Positions 8,101 to 20,599 of a DNA stretch of 54,922 bases are shown here, in pieces; positions within the stretch are counted from its first letter, which is position 1, and each line of letters opens with the position of its first letter. The notes beneath the pieces are model-generated. The model searched no databases, was not told where the DNA came from, and saw only the letters and a list, made by a program, of their open reading frames with translations. Source of the stretch: Meiothermus sp. (GTDB taxonomy: Bacteria > Deinococcota > Deinococci > Deinococcales > Thermaceae); assembly GCA_033762915.1 (NCBI GenBank), contig JANRLD010000016.1, positions 1-54,922 of the forward strand. The letters run 5' to 3'. A program made the position numbers and the translations under genes.

Positions 8101-8697
8101 GTGTGCGGTCGGCTGGTTCACATGCTCACGCCCGAGGGGTATGCCACGTACCTCGACCTCTCGGTGCCCGAGACAGAGCCCAACTGGGACGTGCGCCCTA
8201 CCGACCCCCTGCCCGTGATTCGGCAGCAGGGGGGGCGGCTGGAGTGCGCCCTGCTGAGGTGGGGGTTTGCGTCCAGGGCGGGCAAGGTGCTGTTCAATGC
8301 CCGGAGCGAGACCGTGGCTGAGCTGCCCAGCTTCCGGGATGCCTACCGCCGCTGCCGGGCGCTGGTGTTTGCCTCGGGATGGTACGAGTGGAAGGACAAG
8401 CAGCGCTATCTGGTTCGGCGCAAAGACGACAAACCGGTGGTGATGGCGGCCCTGTGGCAGGGGGATCGCTTCACCATCCTGACCTGTGCCGCCGGGGACG
8501 ACCTGGCCTGGCTGCACCAGCGGGTGCCGGTCGTGCTCGAGCGCAGGCACTGGCAGGGCTGGCTCCGCGCGGAGCCGGCCGGGGAGTGGCTGAGGCCGTT
8601 TCCCACAGGAGCGCTGGCGGCGCTGGGTCCCCGCTGCGAGACCGGCTTCCCCGAACCCACTGCTCCCGGAGCCCTGGTGTTGCCCCGGCGTGGCTGA
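8101..8697 (+). CDS. SOS response-associated peptidase (SRAP/HMCES/YedK family), abasic-site shielding
   Basis: N-terminal MCGR, FNARSET, GWYEW, H.R.PVVL. Confidence 0.92.
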   Translation: MCGRLVHMLTPEGYATYLDLSVPETEPNWDVRPTDPLPVIRQQGGRLECALLRWGFASRAGKVLFNARSETVAELPSFRDAYRRCRALVFASGWYEWKDKQRYLVRRKDDKPVVMAALWQGDRFTILTCAAGDDLAWLHQRVPVVLERRHWQGWLRAEPAGEWLRPFPTGALAALGPRCETGFPEPTAPGALVLPRRG

Positions 8698-8731
8698 GTC
8701 GAGGGTTGGATCCTTTCGCGCTGCCCCAAAT

Positions 8732-8771
8732 AGCCAAAAGCCCCCGGCACCTTGGCTGGGGGCTTTTGGTT
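8732..8771. terminator. Bidirectional intrinsic terminator
   Basis: AGCCAAAAGCCCCCGGC-6 nt-GCTGGGGGCTTTTGGTT between convergent genes. Confidence 0.8.
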
Positions 8772-8863
8772 GCGCGGACCAGTTTGTGCCAGGGTGTGCG
8801 AGATCAGAGGAGGCAGCCGTTGCGTTCCCGGGGCGGCGTCTTGCAGCTCAACTATTGCGACAC

Positions 8864-9250
8864 CTAGAAGTCGTTGCGGGCCGCGAACCAGTCGTAGCGA
8901 ATGTAGCCCTTGGCTCCGATCAGCTTAAAGCTGATGTCGTAAAGCCCCGGCTCGACTGGGACCTGGATGGAATCCTGAATGGTGCCCCGGTAGATTTTGG
9001 AGGTGGTTTTGGAGAAGCGCTGGGCCGGGTTGGCGATAGTCACCTGCAGGGTTCCTTCGTAAAGCTGGCCGTTGACCGTTACCCGCACGAAGGCCCGATT
9101 CCCCACCGCCCGAACCGACTGCACCGTGTCGCCAGAATAATTCCAGTAAGCCACCGGGACGTAGGGCGGATAGCCCGCCGCCAGCCCGCTGGTCTGGGCG
9201 TAGTAGATTAACGCGACCACGGCAAAAACAAAAAATAGCAACGTCCTCAC
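8864..9250 (-). CDS. Hypothetical exported or membrane-anchored protein (128 aa)
   Basis: Hydrophobic N-terminus, beta-rich body, GGAG RBS. Confidence 0.75.
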   Translation of the reverse strand: MRTLLFFVFAVVALIYYAQTSGLAAGYPPYVPVAYWNYSGDTVQSVRAVGNRAFVRVTVNGQLYEGTLQVTIANPAQRFSKTTSKIYRGTIQDSIQVPVEPGLYDISFKLIGAKGYIRYDWFAARNDF

Positions 9251-9295
9251 AGTCTCCAGTATAGGAAACTTTGGCCTCGAGGTTGGTTTATGTAA

Positions 9296-10705
<1,410 letters not shown>

Positions 10706-10707
10706 GG

Positions 10708-10839
10708 CCCCTCACCCCAGCCCCTCTCCCAGGGGGAGAGGGGGTCTTTTTGCCTAACAAAGCCCTCCTCCCACTGGGAGAGGGAATCTTCTTGCCCAAC
10801 AAAGCCCTTCTCCCTCTGGGAGAAGGGTTGGGATGAGGG
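10708..10839. repeat. REP/BIME-like cluster: three CCCTCTCCC...GGGAGAGGG hairpins at a 42-bp period
   Basis: Hairpins at 10721, 10763 and 10805; repeated linker TCTTYTTGCCYAACAAAG; outer inverted repeat CCCTCACCCCAGCCC/GGGTTGGGATGAGGG. Confidence 0.8.
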
Positions 10840-10849
10840 ACCTTCAACT

Positions 10850-11440
10850 TCAGCTCGAGTGCCCCAGCCGTAGCGGGGTCTCGTGGCCGGTCACAATCAG
10901 GTTGTCGCCGTCGGCCTCGAGCCTCAGCCTCGAGAGCCCGTACCTCGGCGGGCCGTAGACCGCCCGGCCGGAGAGCAGCGGCTCGTAGGCCCCGAAGTGG
11001 CAGGGGCAGCCCATGAAGGGGTGGTCGGTGCGGTAGTTGTAGGCGATGGAGCCCAGCTCGGGGTTGTCTACGTAGTTGACCAGACAGCCCTGGTGGGTGC
11101 AGATGCGCGAGAGGGCGAAGTAGTGGCCGCCGGCGTGCTCGAGGCTCCCCAGCACCGCGCTGGGCAGCTTGAAAATGACCGCCTCGAGCTGCGCGCCGCC
11201 CTCGAGGGGGTACTGGAAGTATTTCTTGCTCCAGACGTTGGGCAGCTCGGAGACCCGGGCCGCCGCCGCCCTGGCTCCGTCATGCCAGACCGGCTCGCCG
11301 ACCTCGGCCTTGCCGAAGTTGATGCGCCAGCCGCGCCAGACAAACCAGCCGAAGAAGCCCGTCGAGATGATCGCCGGGATGATCCAGATCGCGTCGCGCC
11401 GGGTGATGCGGCGGGCGGATTTGAGGTCGGGCTTCTCCAT
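10850..11440 (-). CDS. Rieske [2Fe-2S] protein with Tat-like membrane anchor
   Basis: TRRDAI plus TM helix, CTHQGC and CPCH motifs, GPP. Confidence 0.9.
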   Translation of the reverse strand: MEKPDLKSARRITRRDAIWIIPAIISTGFFGWFVWRGWRINFGKAEVGEPVWHDGARAAAARVSELPNVWSKKYFQYPLEGGAQLEAVIFKLPSAVLGSLEHAGGHYFALSRICTHQGCLVNYVDNPELGSIAYNYRTDHPFMGCPCHFGAYEPLLSGRAVYGPPRYGLSRLRLEADGDNLIVTGHETPLRLGHSS

Positions 11441-12430
11441 CTACAAACCGCCAATATAGCTCAACAGATCGCGCAGCTCCTGCTCGGAGAGCGGAACCGG
11501 GGCCATCTGGCCGCGCCCCTTGGTCACGATTTCGCGCACGGCCTCGGGGACCTTAACAATGTTGTTGCCCGACAGCCTCGGCCCGGTTCCGCCTTGGGCC
11601 TGGGCCCCGTGACAGGCCGCGCACTTGCCCAGGAACACTGCCTGCCCCGGCGAACTGGACTCGAGCTGCCCCTTGGCGGTCTGGATCAGGTTCTGCACCT
11701 GAGCCACTGCCGGCCCGCCGGCCTTCAGGTAGCCCTCCCAGGCCCGAATGGCTTGCTGGGGCTTGTTCTGCTGGAAATAGGCGTTGCCCAGGAACAGCCA
11801 GCCCTCAGCCACGCTGGGCTCGGCCCCGGTGGCCAGCTCGAGGGCCTGAATGGCCTCCTCGGGCCGCCCACTCATGAACAGCAGGATGCCTAGCCGGCGC
11901 ACTGCCGTGGGGTTGCGCGGCTCGAGCTGGGCTGCCCGCAGGTAGGCGTGGGCGGCCCGCTCGAAGTCGTTGAGTTCGTAGGCCTTGTCGGCCAGGGCCA
12001 GCCAATCGGCGGCGGTGCCCGAAGCGTTGGCGCGGCGCTCGAGTTCGCCCAGCTCCCGCGCCTCGTTGCGGCTGGTGATGATGGTCTCACCGGGCAGGCG
12101 AGGGAAGGTGTAGGCCCCCAGCCCCACCACCAGCAGGGCCAGACTGGCCGCCACCACCGCGACCGTGGCGGGGTTGATGCGGCGCGGGGTGGGGGTGTCG
12201 GTGCCGAACTCGTCGAGCTGGCGCTCAAGCCGCACCGCCTGGGCCAGTATCCGCTTGCGCTCCTCGCCCTCGGCTTCCTTGGCCAAGTTTTTGAGCACCT
12301 CGAGCTCGGCGCGCAGCTCCTCGGGCCGGGGGCTCTGGGGGAACGGCTGGGCGGGCTTGAGGAACGGGCGAACGAGGTAGTAAATCGCCGCACCGAGCAG
12401 CAGGAAGAGGATCAGGTAGGCAATAATCAT
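11441..12430 (-). CDS. CycH/CcmI-like TPR cytochrome c maturation factor fused to a C-terminal cytochrome c domain
   Basis: Two TM segments, TPR repeats, CAACH heme motif and distal Met (GRGQM). Confidence 0.85.
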   Translation of the reverse strand: MIIAYLILFLLLGAAIYYLVRPFLKPAQPFPQSPRPEELRAELEVLKNLAKEAEGEERKRILAQAVRLERQLDEFGTDTPTPRRINPATVAVVAASLALLVVGLGAYTFPRLPGETIITSRNEARELGELERRANASGTAADWLALADKAYELNDFERAAHAYLRAAQLEPRNPTAVRRLGILLFMSGRPEEAIQALELATGAEPSVAEGWLFLGNAYFQQNKPQQAIRAWEGYLKAGGPAVAQVQNLIQTAKGQLESSSPGQAVFLGKCAACHGAQAQGGTGPRLSGNNIVKVPEAVREIVTKGRGQMAPVPLSEQELRDLLSYIGGL

Positions 12431-12548
12431 AGGAAGACTGGCGGTGAGCGGTGGGCGGTGGGCGGTGGGTTAGGGCCAGCGAGAGCGGGGGAGAGGGGGA
12501 GGAGGGGCGCAAGTGACCTCGCCGCCCGCCCATGGGTGCCGGTTGGCC

Positions 12549-13025
12549 TCATAACTTGCTCTCCATGGCCCGAATTTCCTCGTCCGAGACGTCGGCGGCG
12601 GAGCGGCGTGAGCGGGCTTTGACGGCCGCCTGGTAGCGCCAAAGGGCGAAGCCCAGGGCAGCGAAGCCCAGCAGCGGCGAGAGCCAGACCAGGAGGTTGA
12701 CCCCCCTGGCGGGCGGCTGCGACAGAATCCAGTCGCCGTAGCGCTGGACGAAGAAGGCCTGGATTTCCTCGCGACTCTTGCCCTGGGCCAGCTGCTCGGC
12801 GATGATGCGCCGCATCTCCACCGCCACCCCCGCGTTGGACTCCCCCGCCGACTCCCCCTGGCAGACCGGGCAGCGCAAGTCCCTGGCGATCTCGAACACC
12901 TCCGCCGAGAAGTCGGGCGGCGGGGTGGTGGAGGCGGGCTGGGCCAACGAGAACAAGAGGAAGGAGAAGAGGGGCAGCAGAAAGGGGACAGCGCGCAGGC
13001 GGCCTGCCCTTGCCCCGCTCTTCAT
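12549..13025 (-). CDS. ccmH: Cytochrome c biogenesis protein CcmH/CcmL
   Basis: LRCPVCQG, FFVQRYGDWIL. Confidence 0.92.
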   Translation of the reverse strand: MKSGARAGRLRAVPFLLPLFSFLLFSLAQPASTTPPPDFSAEVFEIARDLRCPVCQGESAGESNAGVAVEMRRIIAEQLAQGKSREEIQAFFVQRYGDWILSQPPARGVNLLVWLSPLLGFAALGFALWRYQAAVKARSRRSAADVSDEEIRAMESKL

Positions 13026-13606
13026 CACAGCCCCACCTGCCTTAAGAACCCCTGCAAGTCCGCCTCCGAGACCGCCCCGGCGTGGCGCAGCAGCACCTTG
13101 CCGGAGGCGTCGATCACGAAGGTCTCGGGGACGCCGTAGTAGCCGTAGTCTATGCCGATGCGCCCGCGCCCGTCGAAGACCGAGGGGAAGGAGCGCAGGT
13201 TGAACTCCTCGATGAAGCCGAGCGCGGCGGGCTGCTGGTCCTGGACGTTGATGCCAAGGAACAGCACCTTATCGCCGTAGCGCTGGGCGTACTGCTCGAG
13301 CAGCGGCGCTTCGGTACGGCAGGGGATGCACCAGCTGGCCCAGATGTTCAGGATGATCGGCTTGCCCTCGCCGCCCCTCACCCCGAACTCCTGCCCATAG
13401 CGGGCCTGGTAGGGCTGCAAGACCGGCAGGCTGAAGGCGGGGGCGGGCTTGCCGACCAGGGCAGACTCGAGCTTGTTGGGGTCTTCCCGCCGCAAGCCCC
13501 ACACAAAGACCCCCCCCAGCGCCACCACCAGCAGCAGCCAGGGCAAGTAGGCCAGCCAGGTGCGCTTGGGCTCGTTGTCCAGTTGTACGACAGGCTTATC
13601 ACTCAT
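13025..13606 (-). CDS. ccmG: Thiol:disulfide oxidoreductase CcmG/DsbE
   Basis: WASWCIPC, YGVPETF, N-terminal TM. Confidence 0.9.
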   Translation of the reverse strand: MSDKPVVQLDNEPKRTWLAYLPWLLLVVALGGVFVWGLRREDPNKLESALVGKPAPAFSLPVLQPYQARYGQEFGVRGGEGKPIILNIWASWCIPCRTEAPLLEQYAQRYGDKVLFLGINVQDQQPAALGFIEEFNLRSFPSVFDGRGRIGIDYGYYGVPETFVIDASGKVLLRHAGAVSEADLQGFLRQVGL

Positions 13607-13712
13607 TCGGGTTGGCTTCTCCTGGGCGTTTGTGACCTGGCGAGCGGACGGACGAACAGCCGCTCGTCCCTACAGCCCTTTGGCTTCTCTTTCCTCTTTA
13701 CTCGCCTTTACC

Positions 13713-15713
<2,001 letters not shown>

Positions 15714-15807
15714 GGGAGCTCCCTTCGGTTGCGCTGAGGGTTGCCGACTGAAGGCCGCAGGCCACCCGCCCAGCCCTCACCGGCTCTTCGGTTCTCGGCC
15801 TTCGACA

Positions 15808-16239
15808 TCAGTTGGCCTCCTCGAGCAGCTTCCGAATCTCCTCGGGCGTATAGTTGTGCTTTTCGGTGGAGTAGCTCTCGGAGTGCTTGACCAACAGGTT
15901 CTGGCTGACGAAGGTCTCGCCGTCGAAGCGGCCCTCCACCACCACGCCCCGGTTCTCGCCGAAGAGGGCGGGCGGGGTGGAGCCCTTGGAGAGCACCGGG
16001 ATCTCCCGCACACCGTCCGAGACGGTGAAACGCAACTCGAGGCTGTCGCGGTTGTAGTTGATAGTCTGGGCCTTCACCAGTCCGCCCAGGCGCACCTGGC
16101 GGTTCTGGTACTTGGCCTCCTGCTGGAAGTACTCGCTGGGGGTGATGAAGTAGACCAAGTTCTGCCCCAGCCCGCCGAAAATCAGGTAGGCCAGCGCCCC
16201 CCCGATCACCAACAGCCCAACTATGAGTTTCGTATTCAT
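15808..16239 (-). CDS. ccmE: Heme chaperone CcmE
   Basis: NLVYFITPSE, VRLGGLV, LVKHSESY (HxxxY). Confidence 0.93.
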   Translation of the reverse strand: MNTKLIVGLLVIGGALAYLIFGGLGQNLVYFITPSEYFQQEAKYQNRQVRLGGLVKAQTINYNRDSLELRFTVSDGVREIPVLSKGSTPPALFGENRGVVVEGRFDGETFVSQNLLVKHSESYSTEKHNYTPEEIRKLLEEAN

Positions 16240-16304
16240 CGCACCCCTTGTTCGACATCAGCGTTCAGCGGCCAGCCAAACCCAAAAGGCCGACGGCCAT
16301 TCAC

Positions 16305-16430
16305 TCACTCCGACTCGCGCATGTAGCGCCACAGCAAGAAGCCCAGATAGCCCAGAATCACCGCGTAAGAAACCACATACACCCACACCGTGAAGGGGTT
16401 GGCAGGGTTGTTGAGCAAGGAAGAGTCCAT
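16305..16430 (-). CDS. ccmD: CcmD-like small membrane protein (41 aa, not in the ORF track)
   Basis: MDSSLLNNPANPFTVWVYVVSYAVILGYLGFLLWRYMRESE; GAGGAG RBS; sits between ccmC and ccmE. Confidence 0.75.
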   Translation of the reverse strand: MDSSLLNNPANPFTVWVYVVSYAVILGYLGFLLWRYMRESE

Positions 16431-16439
16431 GGTTCTCCT

Positions 16440-17135
16440 CTAGTTGGCCACGGGGGAGCCGAGGTCTTGGCGGGCGGCCTCACGCCCGGCTAGGACGCTG
16501 CGGAGGCGGACGAAGCCGATATAAAGCAGGGTGAAGGCGGCCAGGTTGACGAACAGGGCGGGCAGCATGGCGGGGTCGAAGCGGCTCTCGCCGGTAGTGA
16601 CGTTGAAGGTCTGGACCTGGTGGATCGAGCGCCACCAGACCACCGACATGTAGGTGATGGGGACGTTGATGGCCCCCAGGATGCTGATCGCCGCCGAGGC
16701 CTTGGCCCGCATCTCAGGGTCTTCGATGGCGCTCCGGACGACGAAGTAGCCGATGTAGACCACCAGCAGGATGGCGAAGGTGGTCAGGCGCGGCTCCCAC
16801 GTCCAGTAGACCCCCCAGGTGGGGCGGCCCCACAGCATCCCGGTGAAGAGGGTCAGGAATAGGAAGATCAGCGCGACCTCGATGCAGGCGGTGGCGATGC
16901 GGTCGTACTTGAGGCTGCCCCTGGCGATGTAGACGATCGAGTAGAACAGGGCCACAAACAGCGCAACCATCCCGACCCAGGCCGAGGGCACATGGATAAA
17001 GAAAATCCGGTACACGTAGCCCTGGTCGGCGTCCGGGGGGGCGGTGAGGGCGAAGAAGGCCCCTGCCCCCAAGGTCAGAAGGCCCAAACCCAGCAGGGTC
17101 AAGGTAAGGAGATCTAACGGTCTGGCTCGAGTCAT
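16440..17135 (-). CDS. ccmC: Heme exporter protein CcmC
   Basis: IHVPSAW, WGRPTWGVYWTWEPRLT, WWRSIHQ. Confidence 0.95.
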   Translation of the reverse strand: MTRARPLDLLTLTLLGLGLLTLGAGAFFALTAPPDADQGYVYRIFFIHVPSAWVGMVALFVALFYSIVYIARGSLKYDRIATACIEVALIFLFLTLFTGMLWGRPTWGVYWTWEPRLTTFAILLVVYIGYFVVRSAIEDPEMRAKASAAISILGAINVPITYMSVVWWRSIHQVQTFNVTTGESRFDPAMLPALFVNLAAFTLLYIGFVRLRSVLAGREAARQDLGSPVAN

Positions 17136-17327
17136 AGTGGCTCCCTTTTCTTCCCTATACGTTATTTTGCACTGGTTTCGGATAAACAAAGGTGAGGATT
17201 TTCCAGCACCATTCTAGTCTGGCGCACCGGCGGTAACGTGTGAGTAACGTAGCGAAGGTGTAAGGGCATGGGGGTGTGGGCGAAAGCTTTCGGGCTTGGT
17301 GGGGTCTGATTGGGCGCGCGGCCGATG

Positions 17328-17993
17328 TCACCCCTCTAAGATGGCCGGGAACAGCAGGGCGCAGGCGGTGACATAGATCACGTCAAAGACCGCCAGAAGC
17401 CGCCACCAGTGGGCCACCTCGGCGGGGGGCAGCCCCTGGGCCAGCCCTTGCGTGGCTTGCACGGCGGCCAGCACCACCGGCACCACCAGCGGCAGCAGCA
17501 GCAGCGGGAGAAGAACCTCGCGGCCCCGCAGACGTGCCAGCATTCCGGCATAGAAGGTGGAAATAGCAGCGTATCCGAGAACACCCAATATTAGGGTCAA
17601 ACAGTACCAGGGCCAGGGCTCCAGGGGTAGGTAGAAAAGTCCCGCCGTGATGACCAGCAGAACCCCACTCACCACCAGCAGAAGGGCCATCTGGAAGAGG
17701 AGTTTCCCGAAATACACCCATTCCTTACTTCCTGGGGTCAGCAGCAGGTCGTCCAGCGTCCCGTCCTCCACCTCGAGCCCGAAAGCCCGCCCCGCCAGCA
17801 GGCTCCCCGCGAACGCCAGCGCCACCCACAGCACGCCCGGCGCAGCCCGTTTTAGGTCGCTCTCGTTGGGCCCCAGCGCCAGCCCCAGGATCACCAGCAT
17901 GGTGGCCAGGAAAAAGACCGCTGCCAGGATGCCGGTGCGGCCTCGGAACTCGAGGGTCAGGTCGCGCCAGGCTAGCCATGCAATCCGCTTCAC
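17328..17993 (-). CDS. ccmB: Heme exporter protein CcmB
   Basis: APGVLWVA, F..EVEDGTLD.L, EVLLPLLLLPL. Confidence 0.92.
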   Translation of the reverse strand: MKRIAWLAWRDLTLEFRGRTGILAAVFFLATMLVILGLALGPNESDLKRAAPGVLWVALAFAGSLLAGRAFGLEVEDGTLDDLLLTPGSKEWVYFGKLLFQMALLLVVSGVLLVITAGLFYLPLEPWPWYCLTLILGVLGYAAISTFYAGMLARLRGREVLLPLLLLPLVVPVVLAAVQATQGLAQGLPPAEVAHWWRLLAVFDVIYVTACALLFPAILEG

Positions 17994-18104
17994 GTCGGCC
18001 TAGGCTACAAGCTAAGGGAGCAAAGGGGCAAGGGCATAGGGACTTTGGTCGGGGCCAACGGCTTGTTTTGGTCACAACTCGGCCAAAACCTCGGGGCCGG
18101 AGTC

Positions 18105-18188
18105 CGTCCCCCAAAAGCCCGAACATGCGGGGTAGAGTACGCCTGCCAGATCACACCACCGCGTGAGGCGTAAGGGTGGGAACCGCTC
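18105..18188 (-). repeat. Structured MITE-like repeat, copy A (3' end missing)
   Basis: Minus strand GAGCGGTTCCCACCCTTACGCCTCACGCGGTG...AGGCGTA aligns with the copy at 52687. Confidence 0.7.
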
Positions 18189-18305
18189 AGCGTTGGCTGC
18201 GTGGGCGGCAGAAGCGCCCGAACCTACCCAGGCGTCGAGGGCGGCCCGGCTCAGCCCACAGCGAACAAGCCGAGCGAGCTGATTTCTCCCGTTCTTATGG
18301 TAGGG

Positions 18306-19256
18306 CTATTGAGGCGGCGTATACACCGGCCATGGGGCCGCCACCTTGAAGTCCACCTCGCTCCACTTGGGGTGATTGCCCAGGCCCTCGCGGAGCTGGT
18401 CGATCTTGCCCACCACGCAGTCGCGGTAGCGGGTTAGCTGCCGGGCGCGCTCTGGGGTGCGGAAGTCGCGGGTGGCCAGGATCGAGAGCACCGAGAAGGT
18501 GGGGACGGCCTCGAGGTTGGTGTTGGCGTAGCTGATGCGGGCGGGCTGATACACCTTAGGGTCGAGCTTGTCCATCAGGTCGAAAGCCACCAGCCGGTAC
18601 TGGCCCTGCGGCAGCTGGGCGATCCAGGGGATCGGTTTGCCCGCCACGGTCATGGCGGCATCAATCTGGCCCGCCTCGAGGGCCTTGAGGGCGTTGGCCT
18701 GGGCGTCGCGGCCCTGGAAGGGCACCACCTCGAACTTCATCCCGGTCTGTCTCAGCAGCAGCCGCGCCGTCACCAGCGCCCCGCCCCAGACCCCGATCTT
18801 GCGGCCCGTGAGCTGGCTGAACTGTGTCACCGGGACGCGCCTGCGGGTGAAGAAATTGCCGCTCACAATCTCGAGGTTGGCCTTGACCACCACGTGGGCC
18901 TCGGAGGGGTAGAGGGTGAGCAGGCTCTTGATCTGGTTCACCCGGTTGTCGCCGTCGAGGTCGCGCTTGGCGATCAGGCCGTCCACCTGCATGAAGCCCA
19001 TGCTGATCTGGTTGGCCAGCAGCAGCTCGAGGTTTTCCACGGTGCCGCTGGTGCCGCGCTCGAGGAGGTAGGCGGCGTTGGTGCAGACCCGCCCCATGTC
19101 CTTGAAGACCGCGTGGTAGGTGGCCGAGGGGGTGCCGGTGCCCACGGTCATGAAGCGGTTGGGATCAGGCGCGGTAGCGGGGGTGGAAGGCTGAGTCTGA
19201 GTTTGGGCGGCGCCCAAGCCCAGCGCCAGAATTAAGCATAGCCAGAGTCGTTTCAC
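18306..19256 (-). CDS. TAXI-family TRAP solute-binding protein (no transporter adjacent)
   Basis: Signal peptide, GTG...TY, TSGTVENLELL, QVD, LYPSEAHVV. Confidence 0.8.
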   Translation of the reverse strand: MKRLWLCLILALGLGAAQTQTQPSTPATAPDPNRFMTVGTGTPSATYHAVFKDMGRVCTNAAYLLERGTSGTVENLELLLANQISMGFMQVDGLIAKRDLDGDNRVNQIKSLLTLYPSEAHVVVKANLEIVSGNFFTRRRVPVTQFSQLTGRKIGVWGGALVTARLLLRQTGMKFEVVPFQGRDAQANALKALEAGQIDAAMTVAGKPIPWIAQLPQGQYRLVAFDLMDKLDPKVYQPARISYANTNLEAVPTFSVLSILATRDFRTPERARQLTRYRDCVVGKIDQLREGLGNHPKWSEVDFKVAAPWPVYTPPQ

Positions 19257-19403
19257 GGTTCTCCTTGCTCCAAATTAGGCCCCTCTCCCTCCCGGGGAGG
19301 GGCAGGGGTGAGGGAGGTGTGGGGTGAGGTCGACAAAGAGCCCCCCAATCGCAGCGACCGGGGGGTAGGGGAGACGTAGCACGCTGAGTGGATTTTAGCA
19401 GAT

Positions 19404-19955
19404 TTAGCCTGAGACGGCCTCGAGCAGCGGCAGCACCGAACGCGGGCTGAATTCCTCGCGCAGCATTCCGAAGAGCACCAGGTCTTCCTTGACGCCGTTG
19501 CGGGTCTCGTGCGAGCGCAGCACGCCCTCGCGGGTGAAGCCCAGCTTGTCCAGCAGGCCCAGCATTTTGAGGTTGGAGCTGGCCACCTCGGCGGTGATGC
19601 GCCCCAGGCCCAGCGTCCCGAAGGCGTGCTCGAGCATCTTCAGGCCCGCCGCGTACCCCACCCCCTGCCCGCGCTGGCCGGGGTCGCCGATGGCGATGCG
19701 CAGCCGGGCGCGGTGCTCGAGGGGGTTGACCTCACGCAGATCCACGAACCCGGCCAGCCCGCCGTCCACCACGATGCCCAGCCGGATCAGGTCGGCGGGG
19801 GGGTTGTTGATCAGGCGCAAAAACCAGTCTTCCAGCCGTTCGCGCTGTAGTCCGAGGGGCCAGCCATTGGCCAGGCAGAACTCCTCGTCCTCACTCCAGC
19901 GCAAGACGCGGGAAATGTCGGAGAGCGTCAGCGGACGCAATTGCACCTCGAGCAT
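19404..19955 (-). CDS. GNAT acetyltransferase, RimJ/RimL-like (start approximate)
   Basis: LRPL, IAIGD...RGQGVG, N...L.KLGF.REG.LR. Confidence 0.88.
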   Translation of the reverse strand: MLEVQLRPLTLSDISRVLRWSEDEEFCLANGWPLGLQRERLEDWFLRLINNPPADLIRLGIVVDGGLAGFVDLREVNPLEHRARLRIAIGDPGQRGQGVGYAAGLKMLEHAFGTLGLGRITAEVASSNLKMLGLLDKLGFTREGVLRSHETRNGVKEDLVLFGMLREEFSPRSVLPLLEAVSG

Positions 19956-20127
19956 GGTCACCGTAGGGTACACCAAACCCCTCGGACCCACGGTGAAATT
20001 GACCATTATTTACGCCGTTCACCACGTTTTTACGTCCATGTCACTGGCGGCGTTAAGTGCCCACCCGCCCAGTGAAAGAGCCCCGCGGGGGCGGGGCTCC
20101 TGGGGTCTGGCGATGCCCGGCCCGCGC

Positions 20128-20439
20128 TCAGTTGAGCACCCTGGCTTCGATCACCACGTCGCTGAAGCCGAGCACGCTGTAGAGCTTGTCGAGGTCGCGG
20201 GAGAGGACGGTGGTGGAGTGCTCGAGCTGGTCAATGTAGCTCTCGATCAGGGGGTCTTTGTTGGTCACGTCCTGCTGGAAGATGTTCCAGAACTTCCGCA
20301 CTGCCCCCAGGGCCTCGGTCAGGTCGGGCTCCTGCTTGACGAAGGTGGCGAACGCGGGGTGGGCCTCAACCCTGCTCAGGCGGAACGCTTGCACTTCGAT
20401 CAGGCTCATTAGGCTGGCAATGCGGATGGGATTAACCAT
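20128..20439 (-). CDS. Hypothetical helical protein (103 aa), paralog of 20600-20905
   Basis: TAATAT 7 nt before ATG 20439; aligns with its neighbour over nearly the full length. Confidence 0.75.
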   Translation of the reverse strand: MVNPIRIASLMSLIEVQAFRLSRVEAHPAFATFVKQEPDLTEALGAVRKFWNIFQQDVTNKDPLIESYIDQLEHSTTVLSRDLDKLYSVLGFSDVVIEARVLN

Positions 20440-20599
20440 AGCCAAGATATTAACCCGACCATTGCGTTGGGGTGCCGTGAAGGGCGGCGTTATGGTCAGA
20501 AGCGCTTGCGTAATTTCGCTGGGGCCTGATTTCCCGCTTTTTCGCTTTCTGGAGCGGCTAAACTGCCGTGTAATGGGGTCGGTCACCCGCTCTCATGCA

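Noticed and set aside
10708..10839. Mini CRISPR array
   Set aside because: The two linkers are near-identical and short; the pattern is REP-like
18140..18290. 6S RNA or SRP RNA
   Set aside because: No SRP helix-8 motif and no long closing stem with a central bubble; part of the region is explained by repeat copy A
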